Position numbers and translations under genes: made by a program. 64,000 nucleotides of DNA, taken from NCBI GenBank assembly GCA_963793865.1, contig CAWCBP010000001.1, positions 928,001-992,000 of the forward strand, in the 5' to 3' direction. The DNA comes from an uncultured delta proteobacterium. GTDB taxonomy: Bacteria > Desulfobacterota > WTBG01. Each line of letters starts with the position of its first letter. Position 1 is the first letter of the stretch. Of this stretch, positions 41,946-52,100 are shown one piece after another. Under the pieces are notes generated by a model that was not told the DNA's origin, searched no databases, and saw nothing but the letters and a program-made list of their open reading frames with translations.

Positions 41946-43365
41946 TTACGAAGGTGAAGCGGCACAGCAGCTGATCAGCGCGGCCTCAAGCTCTCCTTCC
42001 TCCTGTTCGGCAACGGTTCTTAAATCAATTCGCACTTGATCCCGGTGTATTCTGGCTATGACAGGCGGCTTGTGGCCCCTCATCCTTCTTTCCAGCTGCT
42101 CAACCGGAAGCGAAGATGAGCTCAGCGCGATCACCCGGGTGGGCAGGCGCTGCAAGGGAAGAGCGCCGCCGCCGATCTGGGAGGTGTCATCTTCAAGACC
42201 GATGGACATATCCAGGGGCAGCCTCGGACGGATCCTCTGGATCAGGGCACCCGCTCTCTGCTCTATTGCTTTCGCCGTCACGGTTATCATTCTGATGGTG
42301 GGCACCCTGCGAATGACTGATTCCCGGTCGAGGTATAAACGCAACGTCGATTCCAGCGCAGCCAGGGTCAATTTATCAATTCTTAATGCCCGGTTCAAGG
42401 GGTTTTTTATTAATTGTTCCACAACCTCTTTTTTGCCGACCACGATCCCTGCCTGCGGGCCGCCCAACAGCTTGTCGCCGCTGAAGGTAACAACGTCCAC
42501 CCCCGTTTGCACCACCTCCTGGACAGTGGGTTCGTGCTCAAACCCATAGTGAGATAAATCAATCAAACTGCCGCTTCCCAGATCGGCGATGACGTGGAGT
42601 TTATGCTTTACGGCCAATTCTACCAGTGAAGGAACATCAACCTGTGATGTAAATCCCAGTATCCGGTAATTGCTGGTGTGCACCTTTACCATAACCGCGC
42701 TTTTATCGGTGATGGCATTTTCGTAGTCGCTGAGGTGGGTTTTATTCGTTGTGCCGACCTCAACCATGCATGCCCCGCTTCTCGACATAATATCGGGGAT
42801 GCGGAATGACCCACCGATTTCGACAATCTCACCCCTGGAAACAATGGCCTCCCGCCCGCAGGACAGGGTATTGAGCGCCAGCAGTACTGCAGCCGCGTTG
42901 TTGTTTACCACGAAGGCTGATTCAGCACCGGTGAGTTCGCACAGCAGCTCCTGTACATGCCCGTATCGGGATCCCCTCTCCCCGCTCTGCAGATCATATT
43001 CCAGATTCGAGTAACATCGGGCCACCACACTCATGTGCTCAATTGCCTCATCCGGAAGAATGGACCTGCCCAGATTGGTATGCAATATCACCCCGGTGGC
43101 ATTGATAACGCGCTGGAGCACCGGTTTTGAAAAAGAAATTATTTCCTGCTCAATCTCTTCTCCCCGCACAATGCCGATGCTGCTCTTCAGCACCTGCAGC
43201 CGTTACGTCATCCGCCGTGACAATTGTTTCCCGCAGGGCGGCAAGTCTCTTTTGTACCGCTTTAACCACCAGGCCCCTTGAATAGCGCGTCATCAACGCC
43301 GCAATGTCGTCTTGTTCAAGAAGCTTATCAACCGGTGGTATCATCCTCAACAGGTTCTGGCGCAT
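41946..43365 (-). pseudogene. selA: L-seryl-tRNA(Sec) selenium transferase, frameshifted (N-part 43365-43150, C-part 43193-41946); may be a sequencing error
   Basis: N-part LRMIPPVDKLL matches the SelA N-terminal domain; C-part has VINATGVILHTNLGR, VNNNAAA, FSGDKLLGGPQAG. Confidence 0.88.
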
Positions 43366-43532
43366 AGTGACATAATCCTTGATGATCATTACCGTGGCTC
43401 ATGCATGGCAGGCCATCCTACCATATCTTATCGTCATGTTGAAGCACAGTCCTTAGCGTTGTCAGCAGGGCTTTTATGTTTTGCATTTCATCACTAAATA
43501 GTGTAAACTTCGCCTAACCACATACTTATAAC

Positions 43533-43850
43533 ATGGCGGGCGGCATGAAAGAGATTAAAAATAACAAAAGTCAAAAAGTCGTTCCCTTGGAAGGACACAG
43601 AAGCAAAAAGCAGGCGAGGGATTCAATCCTGAATGTCCTTCGTGACACGCGTGCGACCGCACGTGCAATCCAGGTTAAGACGTGCCTTCTGTGCATGGCC
43701 AAGAAACTGTGCGTTAATAAAACCGGCCTGTGCGCCGCATGCTACGGCAGCTTAAATCCCCGCGAAAAACAGATTGCCGACAGCGAGGCGGCGCATAAAA
43801 TCATTACCATTTCGGTATCCGATGACAGGTGGCCGGATAGCGATAAATAG
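43533..43850 (+). CDS. hypothetical Cys-rich (putative Zn-binding) protein
   Basis: CLLC-x5-C-x6-CAAC; divergent from selA. Confidence 0.55.
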   Translation: MAGGMKEIKNNKSQKVVPLEGHRSKKQARDSILNVLRDTRATARAIQVKTCLLCMAKKLCVNKTGLCAACYGSLNPREKQIADSEAAHKIITISVSDDRWPDSDK

Positions 43851-43925
43851 TAATATAAATGAGCGCTCTTGTAAACAATTTGCTTGATTGCCTGTTTTTT
43901 TAAAGTGTACCGTGCCCGATATCGG

Positions 43926-43954
43926 TTGACTCGGTGATGAAATGCTGCTATTTT
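43926..43954 (+). promoter_or_regulatory. putative sigma70 promoter for queD-folE2
   Basis: TTGACT, 17 nt spacer, TATTTT with TG extension. Confidence 0.45.
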
Positions 43955-44003
43955 CGCAAACGTTTGAATCACCATCCTGCTGAACCATCAAAGCGCGCCA
44001 GTC

Positions 44004-44381
44004 ATGTACCAGGTATCAATTGAAACCCACTTTTCGGCTGCTCACCGGCTTAGAAATTACAAGGGGCTTTGTGAAAATTTGCACGGTCATAATTGGAAGG
44101 TGGAGGCCACCGTTTGTTCCGAAACATTGGACAGTGCCGGAATGGTTATAGATTTCAATATATTAAAGCATAAGACTAAGGCTATTGTTGATGTTCTTGA
44201 CCATCAATACCTGAATGAAATTGATCCCTTTCATGAAACAAATCCCTCTTCTGAAAATGTAGCCGCTTATATCTTCGACCGGCTGTCCATTGCACTGAAG
44301 GATGATCCTGTCAAGCTCATCAGCGTTTCCGTCTGGGAGTCTGACAAGTCAAAAGCCACATTTGCACCTTCGGGTCGTTGA
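44004..44381 (+). CDS. queD: 6-carboxy-5,6,7,8-tetrahydropterin synthase
   Basis: FSAAHRL..CENLHGHNW, DHQYLN, PSSEN, VWES. Confidence 0.94.
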   Translation: MYQVSIETHFSAAHRLRNYKGLCENLHGHNWKVEATVCSETLDSAGMVIDFNILKHKTKAIVDVLDHQYLNEIDPFHETNPSSENVAAYIFDRLSIALKDDPVKLISVSVWESDKSKATFAPSGR

Positions 44382-44384
44382 ACC

Positions 44385-45173
44385 ATGCCCCACAAAAAAA
44401 TGATTGCCGATGTTCAGAGCAGCCGGGACTATCGCAAGGTTGACATCAACAAGGCCGGGGTGAAGGGGATAAAATATCCCATAATCGTGCTGGATAAGAA
44501 GAATAAAACCCAGCACACCATTGCCACGATTAACATGTACGTAGATCTTCCCTGCCGGTTTAAAGGCACGCACATGAGCCGGTTTATTGAAATTCTCAAC
44601 CGCTACCGTCAGGGCATCACTGTAAAAAACCTTTTTACCATCCTCAAGGAGATGAAAAGGAAGCTGAACGCTAAATCAGCTCACCTTGAAATCGAGTTTC
44701 CTTACTTCATAGAAAAAACCGCCCCCGTATCCAAGGCCAGGAGTCTGATGGAATACACATGCCGCTTATGGGGTTCGTTGAATGACAGGCTGGATATCAG
44801 CCTCGGCGTTGAAGTGCCGGTCACCACGCTGTGCCCCTGCTCCAAGGAGATGAGCTCGAAGGGAGCGCATAATCAGCGCGGAATCGTTTCAGTAAAAATC
44901 AGATTTAAGGGCCTTTTCTGGATTGAAGACGTCATAAAAATAGCCGAAAAGTCGGCCAGCTGTGAAGTGTATTCACTCCTCAAACGGCCGGATGAAAAAC
45001 ACGTGACCGACAAGGCGTATAACAATCCAATGTTTGTGGAGGATGTTGTGCGCACCATCGCCGGCAAGCTTCGGAAAAACGCAAAGATTACCTGGTTCAG
45101 CGTGGAATCGGAAAATCTGGAGAGCATCCACAATCACAGCGCCTACGCCCTGGTTGAAAAATCACTGTGCTAA
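44385..45173 (+). CDS. folE2: GTP cyclohydrolase I type 2
   Basis: KGTHMSRF, TTLCPCSKE, AHNQR, LKRPDEK, ESIHNHSA. Confidence 0.95.
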   Translation: MPHKKMIADVQSSRDYRKVDINKAGVKGIKYPIIVLDKKNKTQHTIATINMYVDLPCRFKGTHMSRFIEILNRYRQGITVKNLFTILKEMKRKLNAKSAHLEIEFPYFIEKTAPVSKARSLMEYTCRLWGSLNDRLDISLGVEVPVTTLCPCSKEMSSKGAHNQRGIVSVKIRFKGLFWIEDVIKIAEKSASCEVYSLLKRPDEKHVTDKAYNNPMFVEDVVRTIAGKLRKNAKITWFSVESENLESIHNHSAYALVEKSLC

Positions 45174-45209
45174 CAATTGATCAACCCCGGCATACCGCAG
45201 AAAGAACGT

Positions 45210-45845
45210 ATGTGCATCATCTCATTTGACCTGGACGGCACCCTGGTCACAGACGAGTTCAGCCGGACCGTCTGGCATCAGGGCATGCCTGAATTGTACG
45301 CGGAGCAATACGGCTGCGGAGTGGATCAGGCGAAAGAACTCCTGCTGGGCGAATATGACAAGGTGGGCGATGACGCACTGGAGTGGTATGACATTCAGCA
45401 CTGGCTGAGTCGCTTTCAGCTCAACGCCGATTGGCAGAGCCTGCTTTCAAAATTCAGGCATTTTATCAGGATCTACCCCGAGGTCAATGAGGTGCTCCAT
45501 CAGCTCAGCCGCCGTTATGAGCTGATGATCACCTCCAATGCCGCGCGGGAATTTCTGAATACTGAAATTGAAGCCGCCGGAATCGCACCCTATTTCAAGC
45601 ACGTGGTTTCCGCTACCAGCGATTTTCGGAAGGTCAAAAAGGACCGCGATTTTTATCTTGAGCTGTGCCGAACCATTGACGTGAGCTTAAGCGATGTGGT
45701 GCATATCGGTGATCATTTCCGGTTTGATTATCTCGTTCCCTGTGAATTGGGTATCAGGAGCTTTTTTTTAGACCGAAGCGGATATCGAACCGGGCCGTTT
45801 ATGGTAGGAAACCTGAAGGAATTTGTCTGCAGGCTTGAGGCATAA
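45210..45845 (+). CDS. HAD-superfamily hydrolase
   Basis: SFDLDGTL motif I, TSNA, HIGD..FD. Confidence 0.88.
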   Translation: MCIISFDLDGTLVTDEFSRTVWHQGMPELYAEQYGCGVDQAKELLLGEYDKVGDDALEWYDIQHWLSRFQLNADWQSLLSKFRHFIRIYPEVNEVLHQLSRRYELMITSNAAREFLNTEIEAAGIAPYFKHVVSATSDFRKVKKDRDFYLELCRTIDVSLSDVVHIGDHFRFDYLVPCELGIRSFFLDRSGYRTGPFMVGNLKEFVCRLEA

Positions 45846-45885
45846 TGGTTTTACTCAACAACCCATGATTCCCGAGGAGGAACCT

Positions 45886-46551
45886 TTGAAGCTTACCAGC
45901 AATCTTTTTTTCTATCCCTGGACGAATTATTCAATTAACAATTGTAACACCTGTCTGATTGGCGATAAAAGTTTTATCATGATAGATCCCGGTCTTGACT
46001 TCTGCCTGAATGAGGTGCTCGCCGAGATAAGGAAGGACGGGATCGATCCGGAACAGATCAATCTGGTCATAACCACGCATAGTCACCCGGATCATTTTGA
46101 GGGTGTCAGAAGTTTCGTCAACAAGGGTATCAAGCTGTCCCTTCACGAGGATGAAGATGCTTTTCTCCGCAAACACGGCAACGGTTTTTATAGCATGTTC
46201 GGCATTACCGTGCCTTCCTACCGGGTGGAATCGTATCTTACGGAAGGGGCATGTGAATTCAACAATATCGCCATGGAAATTTACCATACCCCGGGGCATT
46301 CACCCGGTTCCGTTTCCCTTTATTTACCTGACAGCAAGGCGCTCATTGCAGGGGATGTCATTTTTCAGGCCGGGGTGGGAAGGACGGACTTTCCCGGCGG
46401 CAATGGCAAGCTCTTGAAGAAAAGCATAGACAGACTGGCAATGCTGGATACGGAGTATCTGCTTCCCGGCCACGGCGACCTTGTAAAGGGGAAAGAAAGG
46501 GTGAAAAGGAATTTTGACTATGTTGCCGATGTGTACTATGGCATGATTTAA
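45886..46551 (+). CDS. metallo-beta-lactamase fold hydrolase
   Basis: THSHPDH, HTPGHSPGS, GD, PGHG; TTG start after a GAGGAGG RBS. Confidence 0.9.
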   Translation: MKLTSNLFFYPWTNYSINNCNTCLIGDKSFIMIDPGLDFCLNEVLAEIRKDGIDPEQINLVITTHSHPDHFEGVRSFVNKGIKLSLHEDEDAFLRKHGNGFYSMFGITVPSYRVESYLTEGACEFNNIAMEIYHTPGHSPGSVSLYLPDSKALIAGDVIFQAGVGRTDFPGGNGKLLKKSIDRLAMLDTEYLLPGHGDLVKGKERVKRNFDYVADVYYGMI

Positions 46552-47990
46552 CGTTCCTGACTGCTGTCCGGGCATGTTTGCGAACCCACCTGCGTGACCA
46601 TGCGGTGCGGATCTACAAGCCGGTCAAACTCTTCAGCGGAAACATATCCCAGTTCACCTGAGGCCTCTCTTAATGTGATACCCCTGCCCTGAGCCAGCCG
46701 GGCGATCTCTGCGGCCCTGTCATACCCGATGACAGGTATCAATGCGGTCACCAGCATGAGGGACCGGTCCAGGAAGGATTCTATCCGTTTTCTATCCGGC
46801 TCCAGCCCCATCAGCAGATAATCGTTAAAGCGCTCGCAGCCATCCGAGAGCAAGCCGATGGATTTAATGATATTGTAGATGATGAGCGGTTTATATGCGT
46901 TCATCTCCAGATGGCCGCCGGCACCGGCGAACGTGACAGCGGCGTCATAACCCATCACCTGGACCGCGACCATCGCCAGCGACTCGCACTGTGTGGGGTT
47001 GCATTTTCCCGGCATCATTGATGAACCCGGCTCATTGGCCGGCAATGCGAGCTCATGAAGCCCGCAGCGTGGACCGCTGCCCAGCAACCTGATGTCATTG
47101 GCCATTTTATACAGTGAGCATGCCAGGGTTTTAAGGGTCCCGCTGGCCATGACCAGCGCATCGTGCGAACCCATGACCGCAAACCTGTTTGCTGCTGGCT
47201 GAAACGGCATCCCGGTCATTGCCGCAAGGTGTTTACAAACACCCTGCGCAAATCCCTGCCGTGCGCCAAATCCGGTCCCTACGGCAGTACCGCCAATGGC
47301 TGTGCTGTACAGCTGCGTCAACACCTCCTCAAGCCTCACCAGATTATCACCAAGCATGGCAGCGTACCCTGAGAACTCCTGCCCCAGGGTAAGAGGCAGG
47401 GCATCCTGCAGGTGGGTACGGCCTATTTTGACAATGCCGGACCATTGTTCCGCCTTTTGATCAAACCCGTTTTTAAGTTTTCGAATGTTCGGGATCAACC
47501 GCCCCTGTATTCCCATGGCAGCCGACAGGTGCATGGCGGTCGGGAACACATCATTGGTGGACTGGGAAAGATTAACATGATCATGGGGATGGACGGGATT
47601 TTTGCTGCCGATGATACCTCCCGCACGCTCAACCGCCCGATTGGCAATGACCTCATTTACATTCATGTTCGCCTGGGTGCCGCTACCGCTCATCCACACG
47701 CTTACGGGAAACTGGTTATCCAGTTTCCCGTTGATGATCTCCTCGGCTGCTTCAATAATATACCCGGCCCTGTGCTTTTCAATTAATCCCAGCTCCAGGT
47801 TTGTCAGGGCCGCTGCCTTTTTAATCATTGCCAGCGCGCGTATCACTTCTGCAGGCATGCGATCTGATCCGATGTCAAAATGACGCAGGGCCCTCTGTGT
47901 CTGAGCGCCCCACAGCCGGTCAGCGGGAACGGCAACTTCACCCATGCTGTCTGATTCCATGCGCACCGGCTTCGAATCATCAGCTGCCAT
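46548..47990 (-). CDS. fumC: class II fumarate hydratase
   Basis: WGAQTQR, SQSTND, KIGRTHLQDA, GSSMMPGKCNP. Confidence 0.92.
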   Translation of the reverse strand: MAADDSKPVRMESDSMGEVAVPADRLWGAQTQRALRHFDIGSDRMPAEVIRALAMIKKAAALTNLELGLIEKHRAGYIIEAAEEIINGKLDNQFPVSVWMSGSGTQANMNVNEVIANRAVERAGGIIGSKNPVHPHDHVNLSQSTNDVFPTAMHLSAAMGIQGRLIPNIRKLKNGFDQKAEQWSGIVKIGRTHLQDALPLTLGQEFSGYAAMLGDNLVRLEEVLTQLYSTAIGGTAVGTGFGARQGFAQGVCKHLAAMTGMPFQPAANRFAVMGSHDALVMASGTLKTLACSLYKMANDIRLLGSGPRCGLHELALPANEPGSSMMPGKCNPTQCESLAMVAVQVMGYDAAVTFAGAGGHLEMNAYKPLIIYNIIKSIGLLSDGCERFNDYLLMGLEPDRKRIESFLDRSLMLVTALIPVIGYDRAAEIARLAQGRGITLREASGELGYVSAEEFDRLVDPHRMVTQVGSQTCPDSSQER

Positions 47991-48025
47991 ACTGTCTCAC
48001 CTCCGAGGGCATGCGTATCACACAG

Positions 48026-49285
48026 TTACATATTCTTTTGCACCGCTTCGGCATAACCGGTTGTGGAAAGCGGCGACACCCCTTCTGCCTGCAGGGCCAG
48101 GTCCCCGGTCATGCAGCCGGAACCAATGGTTACGGCAACAGCCCTTCTGATAGATGCGGCGATATCATTCCAGCCCATATATTCAAGCATGAGGGCACCC
48201 GAGAGCATCATGCCGGTTGGATTAGCAGAGTTTGTGCCCGCAATTCCGGGAGCGGTGCCATGGGCAGGCTCAAAAACGCCCGACTGATGGCCTATATTTG
48301 CTCCGGGCGCCATCGCAATGCCTCCGATTTGGGCTGCGAGCGCATCGGAAAGATAATCGCCGTTCAGATTCGGCGCGGCGATGACATCATACTGCTCCGG
48401 ATAAAGCAAAACCTGCTGCAGCATGTCATCAGCAAGCCTGTCTTTCACCAGCAGCTTCCCTGACGTTACATGGCCCGGCCTGCCCCTGCATTCTTCCTCA
48501 ATCACGATGGCGTCGCCAAATTCATCGCGGGCAACTTCATAGGCCCAGGTCCTGAAGGCGCCCTCTGTGCACTTCATGATATTTCCCTTGGTCACGAAAG
48601 TCACACTTCTCCGTTTATGAGCCAGCGCAAATTCTATGGCCGTCCGCACAAGCTGCTTGGTCGCCTTGCTGCTGATTATTTTAATGCCGATCCCCGCCTC
48701 CGCCGGAATGTCCTCCCCCGTTTTATTTCTGACAAAACTGATGATTTCGCGGGAAAGATCTGAACCCGGCGGCCACTCAATCCCGGCATACACATCTTCC
48801 GTATTTTCCCGGAATAATATCATATCAACCCGCTCAGGATGTGTAACCGGGGCCGGGACCCCGGGTATGTAGCTGAAGGTTCTCACGCTGGCGAACAGAT
48901 TAAGTTTCCGGCGAATGGCCACGTTTAAGCTGCGGTGGCCTGTCCCCACAGGCGTCTCAAGGGGGCCCTTGAGGCACAGCCGGTAATAACGGATTGCGTC
49001 AAGCGTGTCTTTCGGTAAACGTTCACCATAGAAGGCTAATGCCTCACTGCCTGCGTAAAGCTGTAACCAGGAGATTTTTTTGCGCGCCCCGGATATTTTT
49101 TGAACCGCGGCGTCGATCACCCGGCGTGTCACCGGACCGATCTCTCGTCCGATGCCGTCACCATCAATGAAGCAGATTACCGGATCATCCGGGACGCTTA
49201 ACAGTCTCTGCCCGAGCACACAGGGAGTGCCTTCCCGGGGCGGCCGGACATGGTCAAATATCGGCATGGTCTCACATGAATTCAT
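48026..49285 (-). CDS. icd: isocitrate dehydrogenase (homodimeric E. coli-type family)
   Basis: GDGIG, KGPLETP, RSLNVAIR, RENTED, KGNIMK, NLNGDYLSD. Confidence 0.9.
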   Translation of the reverse strand: MNSCETMPIFDHVRPPREGTPCVLGQRLLSVPDDPVICFIDGDGIGREIGPVTRRVIDAAVQKISGARKKISWLQLYAGSEALAFYGERLPKDTLDAIRYYRLCLKGPLETPVGTGHRSLNVAIRRKLNLFASVRTFSYIPGVPAPVTHPERVDMILFRENTEDVYAGIEWPPGSDLSREIISFVRNKTGEDIPAEAGIGIKIISSKATKQLVRTAIEFALAHKRRSVTFVTKGNIMKCTEGAFRTWAYEVARDEFGDAIVIEEECRGRPGHVTSGKLLVKDRLADDMLQQVLLYPEQYDVIAAPNLNGDYLSDALAAQIGGIAMAPGANIGHQSGVFEPAHGTAPGIAGTNSANPTGMMLSGALMLEYMGWNDIAASIRRAVAVTIGSGCMTGDLALQAEGVSPLSTTGYAEAVQKNM

Positions 49286-50126
49286 CTAATGCCTTATCAA
49301 GTTCCATTGGGTCTGTCTTCTGTGAAATGAGCGGTCCATTTTTAAGAGCGGTGTGCAGCATTTCATAGGCCGGTCGATCTTTCTTAAAAAGTATGCCCAG
49401 CGGTATTTTTTCGCCCCACTCCTCAGCCTTATGGAAAGCAGCGATTTTATCCGCGGGATTGTAATGCCGGTCAAGATGGTACACCCGGTCCTGATACCAG
49501 GCATAGGTGTGCGTTTGATCAAAACTCACACAGGGCTGAAGAATGTCTAAAAAGGAAAATCCCGGATTATGTATTGCCGCCTTGATTAGCTCTACCAGAT
49601 GATCTTTATTTCCCGCATACCCTCTGCCCACAAACGATGCGTCCTGCGAAATTGCCAGGGCAATCGGGTTGAATGGCGGGATCTGGGAGCCGTGGGGCTG
49701 CATTTTAGTGATGAAACCGAGTTCGGCAGTAGGCGCAGGCTGACCCCGGGTAAGACCGAATACCTGGTTATTATGCACCAGGAGCGTTATGTCGGGATTC
49801 CGACGCATGGCATGAATGAAATGGTTGCCTCCCTCAGCATAACAGTCTCCATCTCCCCCTATGACAATGACGGTAAGCTTATGGTTGGCCAATTTGGCCG
49901 CAGTTGCAATGGGCAGCGATCTCCCATGAAGTCCGTTGATGCCGTTGCATCTCATGTAATGCGGCAGCTTGGCGGCCTGGCCGATTCCTGATACGATGAG
50001 AACCTGGTGGGGACGCAGTCCCAGATCCGCCAGTGCCTGCTTAACGGAGGAGATGATAGCATAATTGCCGCATCCCGGACACCAACTGGGATCAACACCG
50101 CTGTTATATTCATCCAAGGATACCAT
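49272..50126 (-). CDS. 2-oxoacid:ferredoxin oxidoreductase beta subunit
   Basis: WCPGCGN, LHGRSLP, GGDGD, LQPC; probably 2-oxoglutarate-specific (korB) given the icd linkage. Confidence 0.9.
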   Translation of the reverse strand: MVSLDEYNSGVDPSWCPGCGNYAIISSVKQALADLGLRPHQVLIVSGIGQAAKLPHYMRCNGINGLHGRSLPIATAAKLANHKLTVIVIGGDGDCYAEGGNHFIHAMRRNPDITLLVHNNQVFGLTRGQPAPTAELGFITKMQPHGSQIPPFNPIALAISQDASFVGRGYAGNKDHLVELIKAAIHNPGFSFLDILQPCVSFDQTHTYAWYQDRVYHLDRHYNPADKIAAFHKAEEWGEKIPLGILFKKDRPAYEMLHTALKNGPLISQKTDPMELDKALDEFM

Positions 50127-51847
50127 CAGCGTTCGACCTCCTTCATGACCTCATCCCGCAGTTCGTCAAAATAAAACGGGCGGCCGTCATATTTCAGTAT
50201 CGTGCCGGACGGCTGCAAACAGGTTGTCTCCCTGATTAAGCCTGAAAGCTGCGACGTGTAATTGTTTTCGACGACCACCCACTTTTTTGCCTGTGATAGT
50301 TCCGCAATCGCTGATTTTACCGGAAAGGGCCACAGCTCCTGGATATGCATCAGGCGAACCGGTATGCCTTCACTGTTTAATGCTGCCGTGATCTCATGCA
50401 GGACACCGTAGGTTGACCCCCAGCCCACGAGAAGCAGAGATGCATCCTGCGCACCCTCAACCCTCGGCGAAGCAGTTTTGGAGAAAACGCCTTCCATCTT
50501 TTTAAAGCGTTTTTTCACCATCCCGGTTCGTATGCCTGCATCCTCTGTTATATGTCCGCTCTCAGTGTGCTCGTGGCTGTCATACATCATCTCCTTATGG
50601 TCCCCGGTAATTGGATACCGTGGAGATATTCCCGTATCCGTAAAACGGTAGCGAAGAAATGCTTCGGTACTCTCCGGAAGCAGCGCCTCTGAAAAAATAC
50701 GCTTATTCATCATGTGATCAAACGTAAATCGCTCTTCCGTGAAACAGGAGTCCGCCAGGTACTGATCGGTGAGTATAATGACCGGCATTTGATACTCATC
50801 GGCGATTTGAAAGGCCTTGATGGTCAGATAAAATGCCTCACGTGCCGTTCCGGGCGCCAGTACTACGCGCGGGAACTCTCCCTGTGCCGCATGAATCACA
50901 AATCGCAGATCGGCCTGTTCAGTCCGGGTCGCAAGACCGGTAGCAGGACCCGGCCTCTGGCTCTCCACAAGCACCAGCGGTATCTCAGCGATCCCCGACA
51001 AACCGAGCGTCTCAACCATCAGGCTGAATCCCCCGCCTGAGGTTGCCGTCATTGATCTGAGGCCGACACAGGATGCGCCGATCGCCATATTTATCGCGGC
51101 GATTTCATCTTCAGGCTGTTCCACCACAAGGCTGAAGTCATGTGCCTTACCCGCAAGATAGGTCAGGATGGATGTGGCAGGGCTCATGGGATAGGCAGCA
51201 TAGAATTGACACCCCGCGGCCAGCGCCCCCAGCGCAATCGCCTCGTGACCGCTTATGAACATTTTTCGAGTCTTATCGGATGAGGGTGATAACGGCAGCG
51301 AAAGGTTGGAGTGAATCTTCAGCACATGGTCGTGTCCTGCACGGGCGGCAGAACAATTGGCCGCCGCAACCTTCTCCTTCTGACCAAAATAGTCTTTTAA
51401 GGTCGCCTCCATGACATCCCGGCTGCCGCGCACAATTGCCACAATCGCCCCCAGGGCAACCGCATTGGAATAAATCTCATCTCCACCGGATTCAAGGGCA
51501 ATCTGCTGCAGGGGCACATCACAGAGGCATCCCCTGAAAGGACCTGAAGGCACCATCGCCGTATCAAAAATAACCACCGTTGTATCTGACAGCCGGTTCT
51601 GATGAGCGTTGAAAGCATTTTGGTTGAGCGCAACTAACAGGTCAAAGGATTTGGTCATGGCCATGACCGGTTTTTGGCTTACCCGGAGGCTGATAAAATT
51701 ATGCCCGCCGCGAATGCGTGATTCATTATCCTGGACGGCAAAAACATGAAGGCCGCTGCGTATGAATATCTTTGAGAGCAGAAACCCGATGGTCTGCATG
51801 CCCTGCCCCGCCGCGCCGGCGATGTTGATGGTGATGACGTTGTTCAT
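50126..51847 (-). CDS. 2-oxoacid:ferredoxin oxidoreductase alpha subunit (gamma-alpha fusion)
   Basis: GAAGQG, SRIRGGHN, YPMSPAT, EDEIAA, QRPGPATG. Confidence 0.92.
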   Translation of the reverse strand: MNNVITINIAGAAGQGMQTIGFLLSKIFIRSGLHVFAVQDNESRIRGGHNFISLRVSQKPVMAMTKSFDLLVALNQNAFNAHQNRLSDTTVVIFDTAMVPSGPFRGCLCDVPLQQIALESGGDEIYSNAVALGAIVAIVRGSRDVMEATLKDYFGQKEKVAAANCSAARAGHDHVLKIHSNLSLPLSPSSDKTRKMFISGHEAIALGALAAGCQFYAAYPMSPATSILTYLAGKAHDFSLVVEQPEDEIAAINMAIGASCVGLRSMTATSGGGFSLMVETLGLSGIAEIPLVLVESQRPGPATGLATRTEQADLRFVIHAAQGEFPRVVLAPGTAREAFYLTIKAFQIADEYQMPVIILTDQYLADSCFTEERFTFDHMMNKRIFSEALLPESTEAFLRYRFTDTGISPRYPITGDHKEMMYDSHEHTESGHITEDAGIRTGMVKKRFKKMEGVFSKTASPRVEGAQDASLLLVGWGSTYGVLHEITAALNSEGIPVRLMHIQELWPFPVKSAIAELSQAKKWVVVENNYTSQLSGLIRETTCLQPSGTILKYDGRPFYFDELRDEVMKEVER

Positions 51848-52100
51848 GATAAACCCCACGGAATGAACATAACTTTTCTTAAGAAGCGCATAACCTCATG
51901 AAGCGCTTCGAACGACGATATTCACTGTTCAGGCCAACCCGATCTGCTGAGTATGCATTGTCCGGTAAAATGAAATCATTGGATAAACAGCACGCGGCAG
52001 GATGTGTGGCTTCCATCACAAGCTGATGTGACCGGCAGATATCATAGCTCGGATTGCGGCGTAAACAGATATAGAAACGTGAGTACGATAATACTCGATC

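Noticed and set aside
43955..44003. preQ1 riboswitch upstream of queD
   Set aside because: No preQ1 stem-loop followed by an A-rich tail
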